Shown piece after piece: positions 10,724-19,508 of a stretch of 64,000 bases of DNA. The stretch is from positions 453,358 through 517,357 of the forward strand of contig JAQBQP010000002.1 in assembly GCA_028286905.1 (NCBI GenBank), given 5' to 3'. Source of the DNA: Candidatus Doudnabacteria bacterium. Lineage in GTDB: Bacteria; Patescibacteriota; Doudnabacteria; UBA920; VMFF01. Both the position numbers and the translations under genes were made by a program. Under the pieces are notes generated by a model. The model was given only the letters and a program-made list of their open reading frames with translations, was not told where the DNA came from and made no database searches. The first letter of the stretch is position 1; the number at the start of each line of letters is the position of its first letter.

Positions 10724-11698
10724 ATGTCAGAAAAATTTTCTTGGGAAAAATTAAAACACCCTGTTGTTGCTTTAGCGCCAATGTCTGGTATCTCAGATTC
10801 ACCAATGCGCTTAATGGCAAAGAAATTCGGCTCAGATATTGAGTTCTCCGAGTTTATTTCAGCTGCCAGTTTATTTTACAAAACTGAAAATGAAAAAAGC
10901 TTTGCCTTAGCACACTTTCTAGAAGAAGAGCGCCCATACATAATCCAGTTATTTGGCAACGATCCGGCGCATTTTAAAGTGGCTACGAAAATTTTAGCAG
11001 AAAAATACAAGCCGGACGGCTTTGATATTAACTTTGGCTGCCCAGCACACTCGGTTGTTAATTCAGGGGCTGGCTCCGCGTTGTTTTGCGAACCTGCAAA
11101 AGCGAAGCAAATTATTGAAACCGTAAAAGAAGCCAGCGGTGGGTTGCCAACCTCTATAAAACTACGCGCAGCATACAAAAAAATCCCTGCGGCTGAGTTC
11201 ATAAACAATATTCAAGGAGCTCCATTTGAAAATGTGACTTTACATATGCGCACTTATGAGCAATTGCATACCGGAGAACCTAACTGGGACACTGCTAAAG
11301 AGCTTAAACAGATTTTAAAAGTGCCATTAATTATAAACGGCGGAATTAACAGCGGGGAAAAAGCCAAAGCAGCTTTAGAATATACAGGCGCCGATGGCGT
11401 TATGATTGCTCAAGCTTCCTTAGGTAACCCTTTTATCTTTAGAGAAATACAGGCGGCTTTAAATAACCAACCAATCCCTGTTACGACTTTACAGGAACGA
11501 ATAGAAACAGCCTTAGAGCATGCGCGCTTAATGGTACAAACCAAAGGACCAAAACATGGCGTAATCGAAATGCGAAAACATCTAGCATGGTACTTTAAAG
11601 GCTACCCAAACGTTTCAGAATTGCGTTCTAAGCTAGTTAGAGTTGAATCATTGGCTGAACTAGAAGAAACATTAAAAAGTGCTGTTTTTAGTGTTTAA
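10724..11698 (+). CDS. dusB: tRNA-dihydrouridine synthase
   Basis: LAPMSG, QLFG, DINFGCP, GADGVMI, RKHLAWY. Confidence 0.92.
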   Translation: MSEKFSWEKLKHPVVALAPMSGISDSPMRLMAKKFGSDIEFSEFISAASLFYKTENEKSFALAHFLEEERPYIIQLFGNDPAHFKVATKILAEKYKPDGFDINFGCPAHSVVNSGAGSALFCEPAKAKQIIETVKEASGGLPTSIKLRAAYKKIPAAEFINNIQGAPFENVTLHMRTYEQLHTGEPNWDTAKELKQILKVPLIINGGINSGEKAKAALEYTGADGVMIAQASLGNPFIFREIQAALNNQPIPVTTLQERIETALEHARLMVQTKGPKHGVIEMRKHLAWYFKGYPNVSELRSKLVRVESLAELEETLKSAVFSV

Positions 11699-12390
11699 AA
11701 TAAATCTGGGTACAACTCCCCTATACTGGTAAATTCGTTTGCTCCGACAACAATATGGTCAATTAATTGAATGCCCACGACCTTGCCAGCGTCGGATACT
11801 TGTTTAGTTACTTCCAAGTCCGCTTTACTAGGGAGACTAGCTCCTGACGGATGGTTATGTGCCAAAATTATGCGTGAAGCATAATTTTTTATTGCAGCAA
11901 TATAAATTTCTCGAGGGTGCAATAAAGAAGAGTCCAGTGTTCCTATTGAGATGGTTCGAGGGTCTGTTATTAATCTTGATCTACTGTCTAAGCAAAAGAG
12001 TAAAAGGTGTTCTTTTTTCTCGTTTTTTAAATACTTGTCTGCTAGCTTAAAAGCATCTAAAGAATTAAAAATATTACCCGATTGAGGTTGGACATATTCC
12101 ACTTGTAATCTTTTGCCTAGCTCAAATGCTGCTTTAATTTGGACAGCTTTAACATAGCCAACCCCTTCAATGGAAGTTAGGTCTGGAATGCTTGCATCAT
12201 TAAGCTCTTCTAAGCTTTTATATTTGGAAAATATGTTTTTTGTAAGATTTATCACCGAACCAACCTTAGAACTTCCATGCCCGAGTATAATCCCCAACAG
12301 TTCTTGCAAGGACAATGAACTCGCACCAAAACTGCGTAGGCGCTCTCGAGGTCGATCTACTAATGGTAAATCTTGAATTGTTACTGACAT
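11695..12390 (-). CDS. radC: RadC family JAB-domain protein
   Basis: DRPRERL, HPRE, AHNHPSG...PSKAD, IDHIVVG. Confidence 0.95.
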   Translation of the reverse strand: MSVTIQDLPLVDRPRERLRSFGASSLSLQELLGIILGHGSSKVGSVINLTKNIFSKYKSLEELNDASIPDLTSIEGVGYVKAVQIKAAFELGKRLQVEYVQPQSGNIFNSLDAFKLADKYLKNEKKEHLLLFCLDSRSRLITDPRTISIGTLDSSLLHPREIYIAAIKNYASRIILAHNHPSGASLPSKADLEVTKQVSDAGKVVGIQLIDHIVVGANEFTSIGELYPDLF

Positions 12391-12639
12391 TTAACCCTCG
12401 CTATAAACTTGCTCTAGCTTCCACTGCAAGTTCTTAGTATTGAACGCTAATTTAAAGAAATTAGCACTATCTGAAACAGAGAAATAATGAATTAGCGTTT
12501 GTCCTTCTAAAGTTTGATGGCGCATATTTACTTTGTTTATATTGTAAACACGACCATTCCACTTTAAAGCCTTCGGCCAAACCAAATTTTTCTTGAATAT
12601 TGTCATCACTTCTACAACTTCATTTACTTCTGACAACAT
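12391..12639 (-). CDS. Small beta-rich protein resembling DUF6504-like partners of SOS/Y-family polymerase loci
   Basis: GGAGG RBS; P..LKWNGRVY.I..V...HYFSV...F.L.F...W.L pattern. Confidence 0.7.
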   Translation of the reverse strand: MLSEVNEVVEVMTIFKKNLVWPKALKWNGRVYNINKVNMRHQTLEGQTLIHYFSVSDSANFFKLAFNTKNLQWKLEQVYSEG

Positions 12640-12646
12640 TTGCCTC

Positions 12647-12826
12647 CTAACGAAATATTATTCCACGAAATTCATCGTTAACTATTAATGGTATGCCTCT
12701 AATAGAAGATACTTGGTCAGATATTTTTTGAATAGGACAATCATGTTTTTGACCGTTAACGCAGTGTGCGCAAAGCCTTTGAATGTTTTGTATTATTGTA
12801 TTTTTAGTTTTTTCAAGCTCTGACAT
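12647..12826 (-). CDS. 59-aa Cys/His microprotein missing from the ORF track
   Basis: MSELEKTKNTIIQNIQRLCAHCVNGQKHDCPIQKISDQVSSIRGIPLIVNDEFRGIIFR; GGAGG RBS; fills the gap between lexA and the 82-aa gene. Confidence 0.8.
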   Translation of the reverse strand: MSELEKTKNTIIQNIQRLCAHCVNGQKHDCPIQKISDQVSSIRGIPLIVNDEFRGIIFR

Positions 12827-12836
12827 ACAACCTCCA

Positions 12837-13457
12837 TTAATCTTCTAGATTTCTAATTACACCAACTACTTTACCTTGTACGGTCCATTCTTCTTGAGGA
12901 TAAATATTTTTAAAATTTTCATTTTCTGGCTTTAGATAAGCTCTGTTCTGTACTTTAATAAAGCGCTTAACCGTAGCTTCATCGTGAAGCAATGCCACAA
13001 CTATATCATTATTCTTAACATCTTTAGTTGGCTTCACAATAACTAAATCGCCTTCTAAAATTCCTGCATTTTTCATACTTTCTCCTCTAACCCTAAGCAA
13101 GAAAACATCTTTTCTACTTTTAGTTAAAGTTTGAGGCAAATTAATCCAATCTTCGATATGCTCTTCAGCCAAAGTTGGCATACCTGCTTGGATGTTTCCC
13201 AAAATTGGCGCTCTAAACATTCCTTTATTAAGAGATTCGCCCATTGTCTGTAAAACTTCTATTCCTCTAGCCTTTCCCGATATTTTGATATATTCCTTTT
13301 CTTCAAGTTGATCCAAAAGCTTTGATACCGCATTCTTTGAGCTTACTCTTAAGTACTTTGCCATTTCAGATAATGACGGCGGCAAACGCTTTTCTCTAAC
13401 CTCAGAAACTATAAAGCTAAGAAGTTTGGATTGTTTTTCTGTTAATTCTTCCATCAT
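12837..13457 (-). CDS. lexA: LexA repressor
   Basis: N-terminal wHTH, QAG cleavage site, VRGESM Ser, ATVKR Lys. Confidence 0.95.
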   Translation of the reverse strand: MMEELTEKQSKLLSFIVSEVREKRLPPSLSEMAKYLRVSSKNAVSKLLDQLEEKEYIKISGKARGIEVLQTMGESLNKGMFRAPILGNIQAGMPTLAEEHIEDWINLPQTLTKSRKDVFLLRVRGESMKNAGILEGDLVIVKPTKDVKNNDIVVALLHDEATVKRFIKVQNRAYLKPENENFKNIYPQEEWTVQGKVVGVIRNLED

Positions 13458-13513
13458 CGGGATTAAGTAAAAAAGTTAGATTTGATCCCGACAACTTATG
13501 CCAGGATATATCT

Positions 13514-13542
13514 ATAGTAAACGATCGTTCACCTGGTGTCAA
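13514..13542 (-). promoter_or_regulatory. lexA sigma70 promoter with overlapping SOS box
   Basis: TTGACA-17 nt-TACTAT; GTGAACGATCGTTTAC near-palindrome (13517-13532) resembles GAAC-N4-GTTC. Confidence 0.8.
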
Positions 13543-13613
13543 CTCTAAAATTATCTAGGCTTTTTAAGCGCTAGACGCAGTTATCCACAAAAAAAATAGA
13601 ACACAAAAAGGTT

Positions 13614-13766
13614 CTATTTGAATTCCGCTATAACATCGTCATCTTCCCCAGCACACTCTTTGCAAAGGTCCGGCTGAGTTACAGATCGATTAGTTGCACT
13701 TAAATGCCGCCCGCAAATTGCACAAGTATCAGCATCGGCATCTAATTGATCATATGGGTCTGCCAT
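13614..13766 (-). CDS. 50-aa zinc-ribbon microprotein missing from the ORF track
   Basis: MADPYDQLDADADTCAICGRHLSATNRSVTQPDLCKECAGEDDDVIAEFK; two CxxC; hairpin plus U-tract at its end. Confidence 0.7.
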   Translation of the reverse strand: MADPYDQLDADADTCAICGRHLSATNRSVTQPDLCKECAGEDDDVIAEFK

Positions 13767-13781
13767 ATATCTTCTTTAATT

Positions 13782-14018
13782 TTATTTTTTTGCTAAAAGA
13801 AAATTTATTATATGAACCACTGATTCCCAAATATTTTTTAATATCGGAAGAGACGCTGGGAGCAAAATTATCAAGGCAATTATCCAAATAAAGTCTTTCG
13901 ACAGTACTTTGAATATTCCATAAATAATCAATATTGCCAACAAAAAAGAAATTACCGGGTGCAAACTAACTGGGAAATAACCTAAAAATTGATTGTAAAT
14001 TGAGTATATTCCATCCAT
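13782..14018 (-). CDS. Small membrane protein
   Basis: ATG at 14018, 6 nt after TGcTACAAT; two hydrophobic segments. Confidence 0.7.
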   Translation of the reverse strand: MDGIYSIYNQFLGYFPVSLHPVISFLLAILIIYGIFKVLSKDFIWIIALIILLPASLPILKNIWESVVHIINFLLAKK

Positions 14019-14149
14019 GTCTATATTGTAGCAAATCCACGCTAATTGGAAAGTGTTGACCAAGAGAGCATTTTATGGGATTATCCAGATATGAACGAGC
14101 GTCGTCGCTAGCAAGCACGAAGGCCTTCAGATTGATGGAGGATTTCATC

Positions 14150-14422
14150 ATGGAGCTGGAGCAACAGATACCGCTGTTTCCGGAAGACGCAGAGAAGTTG
14201 CGTCAAATCGCGATGGTAAGATCATCTCTCGAAGGTGTTCGTCGCCATAACGACGACATTCAGCTGAGGGTTGTCTGCATGGACGGCCTTCTGCAGCTTG
14301 AGACTTACTACCACAGTCCTCGCGGAGACACCATCTACTACCTCGTTTTGTATCCCGGAAACAAGGGGTACCGCCGAGTCACTGGCCTCCGGTTTGCCTA
14401 CAACCAGGTCACAGCCTCGTAG
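14150..14422 (+). CDS. GC-rich hypothetical cassette gene
   Basis: GGAGG before ATG 14150; TTGACC promoter upstream; terminator about 14460-14503. Confidence 0.6.
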   Translation: MELEQQIPLFPEDAEKLRQIAMVRSSLEGVRRHNDDIQLRVVCMDGLLQLETYYHSPRGDTIYYLVLYPGNKGYRRVTGLRFAYNQVTAS

Positions 14423-14513
14423 CCACATAACGCCCTACGGTAAGCCCCGCTTCACGAAAACGAAAAGCGCGAACGACATATTATGCTCGTCCGCGCTTTT
14501 TCTATTCCAATTG

Positions 14514-15077
14514 TTATTTCAGCTTATTCACAATTACGATATGCGGATTTTCAAAAATATCTTTCATAAACCGATCAAAAATACTTTTGCGGTATTCATA
14601 CTCTTTTGTTTCAAAAACTGCGTAGTTTAATTCTAAGCCCATAATTTTCTCTGCACCAGCAATAAAATTTGATAGCGCCTTCTCAGAAATATCTCCGGCT
14701 AACAAAATATCGCAGTCTGTCTCGGTATCTGCGCAAAAAATTCCGCAAAGAACTCCAACTTTCAAATTTGGAATTTTTTTCATATTCCGAACCAACTCAT
14801 CTTCATAATTTTTAAAGGTTTTGGAAACAGACAAACGCAAATCATTTAAAAAAGGATTTTTCTTATTCACGAGATAATAGCGTTTTTCTTTCTTGGTAAA
14901 GGTCATCAAAAGGCCGGTTTTAACAAAAAAACTTAAATGCGGCGCCAAGGCCTTAGAAGATAATCTTTTTTCCAATTCACCCAAGTAAAAACTTCTTTCC
15001 GGGCTTGCCAATAACAAGCCAATGATTTTGGTTTTAAGGTTATTTTCTAGAATGCTTTCAAGCAGGTTCTCTGACAT
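14514..15077 (-). CDS. wHTH + nucleotidyltransferase-like putative regulator
   Basis: SFYLGEL wHTH; GVLCG.F...DCDILLAGD NTase-like motif. Confidence 0.65.
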   Translation of the reverse strand: MSENLLESILENNLKTKIIGLLLASPERSFYLGELEKRLSSKALAPHLSFFVKTGLLMTFTKKEKRYYLVNKKNPFLNDLRLSVSKTFKNYEDELVRNMKKIPNLKVGVLCGIFCADTETDCDILLAGDISEKALSNFIAGAEKIMGLELNYAVFETKEYEYRKSIFDRFMKDIFENPHIVIVNKLK

Positions 15078-15149
15078 ATGAAAAAGTATACCACAGGCTT
15101 GAATTTTTGTTGAGTTTTTCCATAATTTATGCTATTTTTTAGGTAAGAA

Positions 15150-17093
15150 ATGAACTCTTTAGAAACACAAGTCGGCCAAATATTTATCAGCGACAAAAAG
15201 CTTTCCAAAAGCTTTGTTTGTTTATTATCAGAAAAAGTGCCGGAGACTAACGCAGAGATTTTTTCGCTCGTTGAAATACCGATTCTAAATCCAAGCGCTT
15301 GGTCTGAATATGAAAAGTTGGCCAAACTAATCCAAACTATTTTACGAAAGAACTTCCGCAAAACTAATGAAAATGCTTTTGAAAACTCGATTGCCCAAAT
15401 AAATGATGAGTTAGCAAAGTTTGCCGCCGCTGGACAGACCGCTTGGGTTGGTAAAATTAATGCTTGCCTGGCAGTTCGACAAAACGATAATTTATTTATT
15501 TCCACAACCGGCAAGATTCATGCTTATCTTTTCCGAGATAAACAACTTTCTGATATTGCTGACTCGCCTACAAAAATAAATCCTTTGAAAACTTTTGAAA
15601 ACTTTGCAGTTGGAAAAGTTGCCAAAAAGGATTTTTTGATTTTTACAACTACCCAGCTTTTAAATTACATTTCAATTGAGCGATTAAAAGATATTATCAG
15701 CAAGGCTGACCTCGGTGTTGCCTGCCAAAGCATTGCTGGTATTATTAAAGATTTAGCTGATCAAACTGTTTCTTTTGGGACTTTCATTTTGGAGTTAGGA
15801 ACTCCCAAAGAAAACGGAGTTGAAAGTGTTTTAAAATTCACAGGCTTAACAGAACAGAAATCGTCTCAAAAAATAATTTCGAACTTAACGCCGGTAATCG
15901 GCACTTTTTATAAAAAAGTCCTTTGGAAGATAAAAAACTTTAAAAAGCCGCAAATTAATTTAAAAGATGTTAACCCGATGCTAATTGCAGAACGGGCTAA
16001 AAAGATGACCGATTTAAATAAGATTAAAGCTTTGCCAAAAGCAAAAAAGTTCTTTTTAGCATCTGCGGCATTGTTTATTATCATTCTTTTAATAAATCTT
16101 TTTGTTGCAATCCATGTCCGTTCAAAGCACAAATTAACTGACCAAGCGAATCAAGTTTTTGCGGACATCCAAACTAAGATTAACCAAGCAAACAGTGCTT
16201 ATATTTATAACGATAAAACTCAAGCAGCTACATTGCTTGCGGAAGCCCAAGCAGAGTTAACAAAAATTCCTAGCGGAACAGCTTTTGAAAGCCAAAAAAA
16301 TAAAACTAACTCGGATATAATTGATCTACAAAACAGCTTAGGCGGCCTAAGAACAGTTCAAGTTACTGAAGTCGCTAAATATTCTGATAATACAGTGAGT
16401 AATTTTAAAAGTGCCGGGGGCTCGATGTATCTCAGTAATGCCTCTGGATTGTTCGTACCATTCAAAAACGGCTCGCTAGGACAAGCATTTACTCTTTCGA
16501 ATACATCTATCGCCGGCATAAATACTACTGACAGCAGCTTAATTTTTAGCGATAACAATGGACAGCTGTTTCAAGTCGACCCAATAAATAAAATCGGCGT
16601 AAAAGAAGCTGCGAATTTAACCTTGGGCAAGGGCTTGGCCTTTTACGGGAATACCGTGAAAGCTTATACGGTAGATACTAGATCTAACCAAATTCTAAAC
16701 GTGACCTTGAATAAGAATGCCCAGCAAACGAACTACTTAAAACAATCTTCTGATTTATCTAACGTCATCGATTTAGCGATTGATGGATCAGTTTATCTTT
16801 TATACCCTGATCGTATCAAAAAGTTTGTTTCTGGCAACGAAAAAAGCTTTACAAATCCAAGTTTAAAATATTCAACAAAAGCAAAAATCTACGCAAATAG
16901 CAATTGGAAATACCTTTATGTTCTTGATCCTGATGCAAAAAAGATCATAGTATTAGATAAGAGCGGCAGTGTGAAAGCACAGTACACATCAGATAAATTT
17001 ACAAACCTCAAAGACATGGTTGTTGATGAAGCCGCTAAAAATATTTACCTTTTAAACGACACGAGCATTCTAGAATTTCAATCGCCAATATAA
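15150..17093 (+). CDS. Membrane protein: PP2C-like N-domain, TM, beta-propeller-like C-domain
   Basis: G.IHAYLFRD, central TM, DLAIDGSVYLL / YLYVLDP / NIYLL repeats. Confidence 0.7.
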   Translation: MNSLETQVGQIFISDKKLSKSFVCLLSEKVPETNAEIFSLVEIPILNPSAWSEYEKLAKLIQTILRKNFRKTNENAFENSIAQINDELAKFAAAGQTAWVGKINACLAVRQNDNLFISTTGKIHAYLFRDKQLSDIADSPTKINPLKTFENFAVGKVAKKDFLIFTTTQLLNYISIERLKDIISKADLGVACQSIAGIIKDLADQTVSFGTFILELGTPKENGVESVLKFTGLTEQKSSQKIISNLTPVIGTFYKKVLWKIKNFKKPQINLKDVNPMLIAERAKKMTDLNKIKALPKAKKFFLASAALFIIILLINLFVAIHVRSKHKLTDQANQVFADIQTKINQANSAYIYNDKTQAATLLAEAQAELTKIPSGTAFESQKNKTNSDIIDLQNSLGGLRTVQVTEVAKYSDNTVSNFKSAGGSMYLSNASGLFVPFKNGSLGQAFTLSNTSIAGINTTDSSLIFSDNNGQLFQVDPINKIGVKEAANLTLGKGLAFYGNTVKAYTVDTRSNQILNVTLNKNAQQTNYLKQSSDLSNVIDLAIDGSVYLLYPDRIKKFVSGNEKSFTNPSLKYSTKAKIYANSNWKYLYVLDPDAKKIIVLDKSGSVKAQYTSDKFTNLKDMVVDEAAKNIYLLNDTSILEFQSPI

Positions 17094-17617
17094 AAACGTC
17101 GCAACATTTTTTCCGCATAATTAATCCTAGTTTTCACGGAATACACTGGGATCTTTATGATCGCACTAATTTCCTTGTAAGTGAGATTTTGGAAGTAATA
17201 AAGCTCTAAAATTATTGAGTGCGTTTTATTGATTAAGCTTAATGATTCAAATAGCTTGTGGCTTATTAAAGTCTTTTCCAACTGCGCATCCGGTAAGATA
17301 TCACCGGCAATGCTAAAATTATCAAGCGGTTCAGCGACAGGTTTCATCAAAAAAGTTTTTACGCAATTAATCGCAATGGTATAAAGCCAGGTCTTCCATT
17401 TTTTGGTTTGATCAAAAGTATCGCTTTTAAGATAAGCTCGGATGAAAGCTTCTTGAACAATATCCGCTGCTTGATCATAATCTCTTAAGTAATTATGATA
17501 AATGAAATTTAGCAAGGGTTCTTGATGACGGTCCACCAAAATTCTGTAAGCATCCGGATTTGAAACGGTTTGAATTGCTAACTCTTCGTCGCTTTGCGGA
17601 TAATGGAAGCTGAGCAT
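17078..17617 (-). CDS. ECF sigma-70 factor
   Basis: SDEELA, AADIVQEAFIRAY, KTWLYTIAIN, TYKEIS..VKTRI. Confidence 0.9.
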   Translation of the reverse strand: MLSFHYPQSDEELAIQTVSNPDAYRILVDRHQEPLLNFIYHNYLRDYDQAADIVQEAFIRAYLKSDTFDQTKKWKTWLYTIAINCVKTFLMKPVAEPLDNFSIAGDILPDAQLEKTLISHKLFESLSLINKTHSIILELYYFQNLTYKEISAIIKIPVYSVKTRINYAEKMLRRFYIGD

Positions 17618-17672
17618 ATTTTTAGTTTTAATACTGCCCACTAAACATACTCCAACAAAATTAAATAAAAAT

Positions 17673-18176
17673 AAAAAAAGCACCGTATACTTTTTCGACC
17701 TTGGGAGGCCTAGAAGTATACGGTGTGCTCGTGGGAGGCACGATTTCTTTTTTTGTTTTACCGGCCTATCGGTAAGCGATTGGGTTGGGATTGGGCCCCT
17801 ACCGACGCTTGCGAGAGTTCTCTCCGATTCAGCGAAGCCGAATAAGAAAGCTGTTCGCCAAACAAACTAAGAAACCAACACAGTGAGTGACCGGCCCAAG
17901 ATCGAGACTCTTTTCAAAGCTTCCTTGCGGTTGCCTCTAGAAAGTTTTCGTCTTGTGACGATATCTGACTGTTGTACCTACAGCGCATGGTGCAGTCGAC
18001 CGATGTGACACATCTCGTTCAGGTTCACCGGCAAAGGCTTGCCTGTTCGAGGGCCGCATGATGCTGGACCGAACACTGTTTGGATAACTCCTCCTACGAG
18101 CTGTCCTTTTTCGCGGATCTTTCCTGCTAATCCCCTCCACCGGAAGGTTGTCGCAGACCAGATTTCGCGATTCAGT
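17673..18176 (-). ncRNA. Candidate large structured non-coding RNA (~500 nt)
   Basis: TTGACC-17-TATTCT promoter (18211-18183), terminal hairpin plus U-tract (17726-17673), many hairpins and long-range helices, no convincing ORF. Confidence 0.6.
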
Positions 18177-18339
18177 AATTGCAGAATACTCCCAACCAAT
18201 AGTATGGTCAAGCACGGTTACAAGCATCTTTTCCACCAAGTTATCCAGTTCTTATCCACTTTTGCTTCAAAATTAGTGACATTAAAAAAAACGGCCCTTT
18301 CGGACCATTTTTATAAACTTAGTAGAACTGAGGCAGTAG

Positions 18340-18732
18340 TTATTTCAAAACTGCTTTACCACCAGCTTCTTCAATTTTCTTTTTCATTTCTTCAGCTTCA
18401 GCCTTAGCAACATTTTCCTTGATTGCTTTTGGAGCGCCATCGACTAAGTCCTTAGCTTCCTTTAGACCAACGCCTGTGATTTCACGAACAACTTTGATTA
18501 CGCCAATTTTGTTAGCGCCACTTTCAGTTAATTCTACTGTGAATTCTGTCTTTTCTTCAGCGGCAGCAGCACCACCGGCGGCAGGCATAGAGCCCATCAT
18601 CATTGGAGCAGCAGCTGAAACGCCAAACTTTTCTTCTAATACTTTAACTAATTCTGAAAGTTCCAAAACTGATAGTTTTTCGATTTGTTCAACCAAACCT
18701 TGGAATTTTTCAGGAACTTGTGTGTCTGCCAT
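18340..18732 (-). CDS. rplL: 50S ribosomal protein L7/L12
   Basis: [26 protein letters not shown]. Confidence 0.98.
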   Translation of the reverse strand: MADTQVPEKFQGLVEQIEKLSVLELSELVKVLEEKFGVSAAAPMMMGSMPAAGGAAAAEEKTEFTVELTESGANKIGVIKVVREITGVGLKEAKDLVDGAPKAIKENVAKAEAEEMKKKIEEAGGKAVLK

Positions 18733-18751
18733 ATAATAAATTCCTTTCTAA

Positions 18752-19273
18752 TTATGCTTTAGATTCTTTAATTGCATTCAATACATTAACGATGCTGCGA
18801 ACATTGCCTGCAAGGACGTTAACAAAACTGGAGATCGGCGCGTTGATTGTACCAACCAATTTGCCAAGCATTTCTTGCTTGCTTGGAAGCGCTGCCAAAG
18901 CACCGACTTCTTCTGCACTCAAGAATTTATTATCCATAACACCAGCCAAAATCTTAACATTCTTGTTTTCTTTTACGAAAGCCGCGAATATTCTTGCTGG
19001 AGCTACTTCATCCAATTTAGAAACACCTAGAACTACAGGAGCCTTAAAATCCATGCCGCTGATATCAACACCATGTTTTTTTAGAGCTCTTCTGATCAAA
19101 GTAATTTTAGCTACTTTGGTGACAATGCCTTCTTTACGAAGATTGCTTCTCAGTTCGTCAATTTTCTTTACAGTTGTGCCGCGGTAATCCGCGAAAACAA
19201 TTGATTTAGCATTTTCTAACTGCGCTTCTAGCTCAGCTAAGATTTGCTCTTTTGCACTTCTTTTAACAGCCAT
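18752..19273 (-). CDS. rplJ: 50S ribosomal protein L10
   Basis: ADYRG.TV...LR, LAALPS; upstream of rplL. Confidence 0.96.
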   Translation of the reverse strand: MAVKRSAKEQILAELEAQLENAKSIVFADYRGTTVKKIDELRSNLRKEGIVTKVAKITLIRRALKKHGVDISGMDFKAPVVLGVSKLDEVAPARIFAAFVKENKNVKILAGVMDNKFLSAEEVGALAALPSKQEMLGKLVGTINAPISSFVNVLAGNVRSIVNVLNAIKESKA

Positions 19274-19329
19274 TTAGGTTTATCCTTCTGACCTTATTTG
19301 GAATAGAGCCGACCGTATCCCTGTTAAAA

Positions 19330-19456
19330 ATAAATCTCGGTTCTCACCGAGTTTGAACTAGCAATTTAGCGCTTAACGCCAGTATCGCATAGATCCTCGG
19401 TAGGCTTGCCGCTGAGCGGATTATGTCTTTATCAGACGCCGACTTTCTTAGGAATA
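19330..19456 (-). promoter_or_regulatory. L10 leader-like autoregulatory RNA
   Basis: CCTAAGAAAGTCGGCG...TAAT...CCTACCGAGG in the rplJ 5' UTR. Confidence 0.65.
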
Positions 19457-19508
19457 TTCTATTCTGCTGAAACTATAACAAAAACAACACCATAAGTCAA
19501 TAATACGG

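Noticed and set aside
13581-13589. DnaA box TTATCCACA (weaker matches near 18241-18260 and 39217) as oriC
   Set aside because: Isolated boxes, no cluster and no dnaA in the window
13594-13619. GAAC-N8-GTTC as a second LexA site
   Set aside because: Wrong spacing; followed by a U-tract on the - strand, so read as a terminator
18105-18135. RNase P RNA call from AGGAAAGATCC
   Set aside because: Only a loose match to GAGGAAAGUCC, and no clear 3' P4 partner or P1 closure was found; left for an Rfam test
17937-18407. ORFs 17937-18239, 17978-18211 and 18039-18407
   Set aside because: No recognisable motifs; the - strand ORFs start upstream of the predicted TSS; region better explained as structured RNA
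18340-19460. rplJ-rplL lacking adjacent rplK/rplA, and tRNA-Trp lacking secE-nusG
   Set aside because: Operon rearrangement is common in reduced genomes; gene loss cannot be judged from one window
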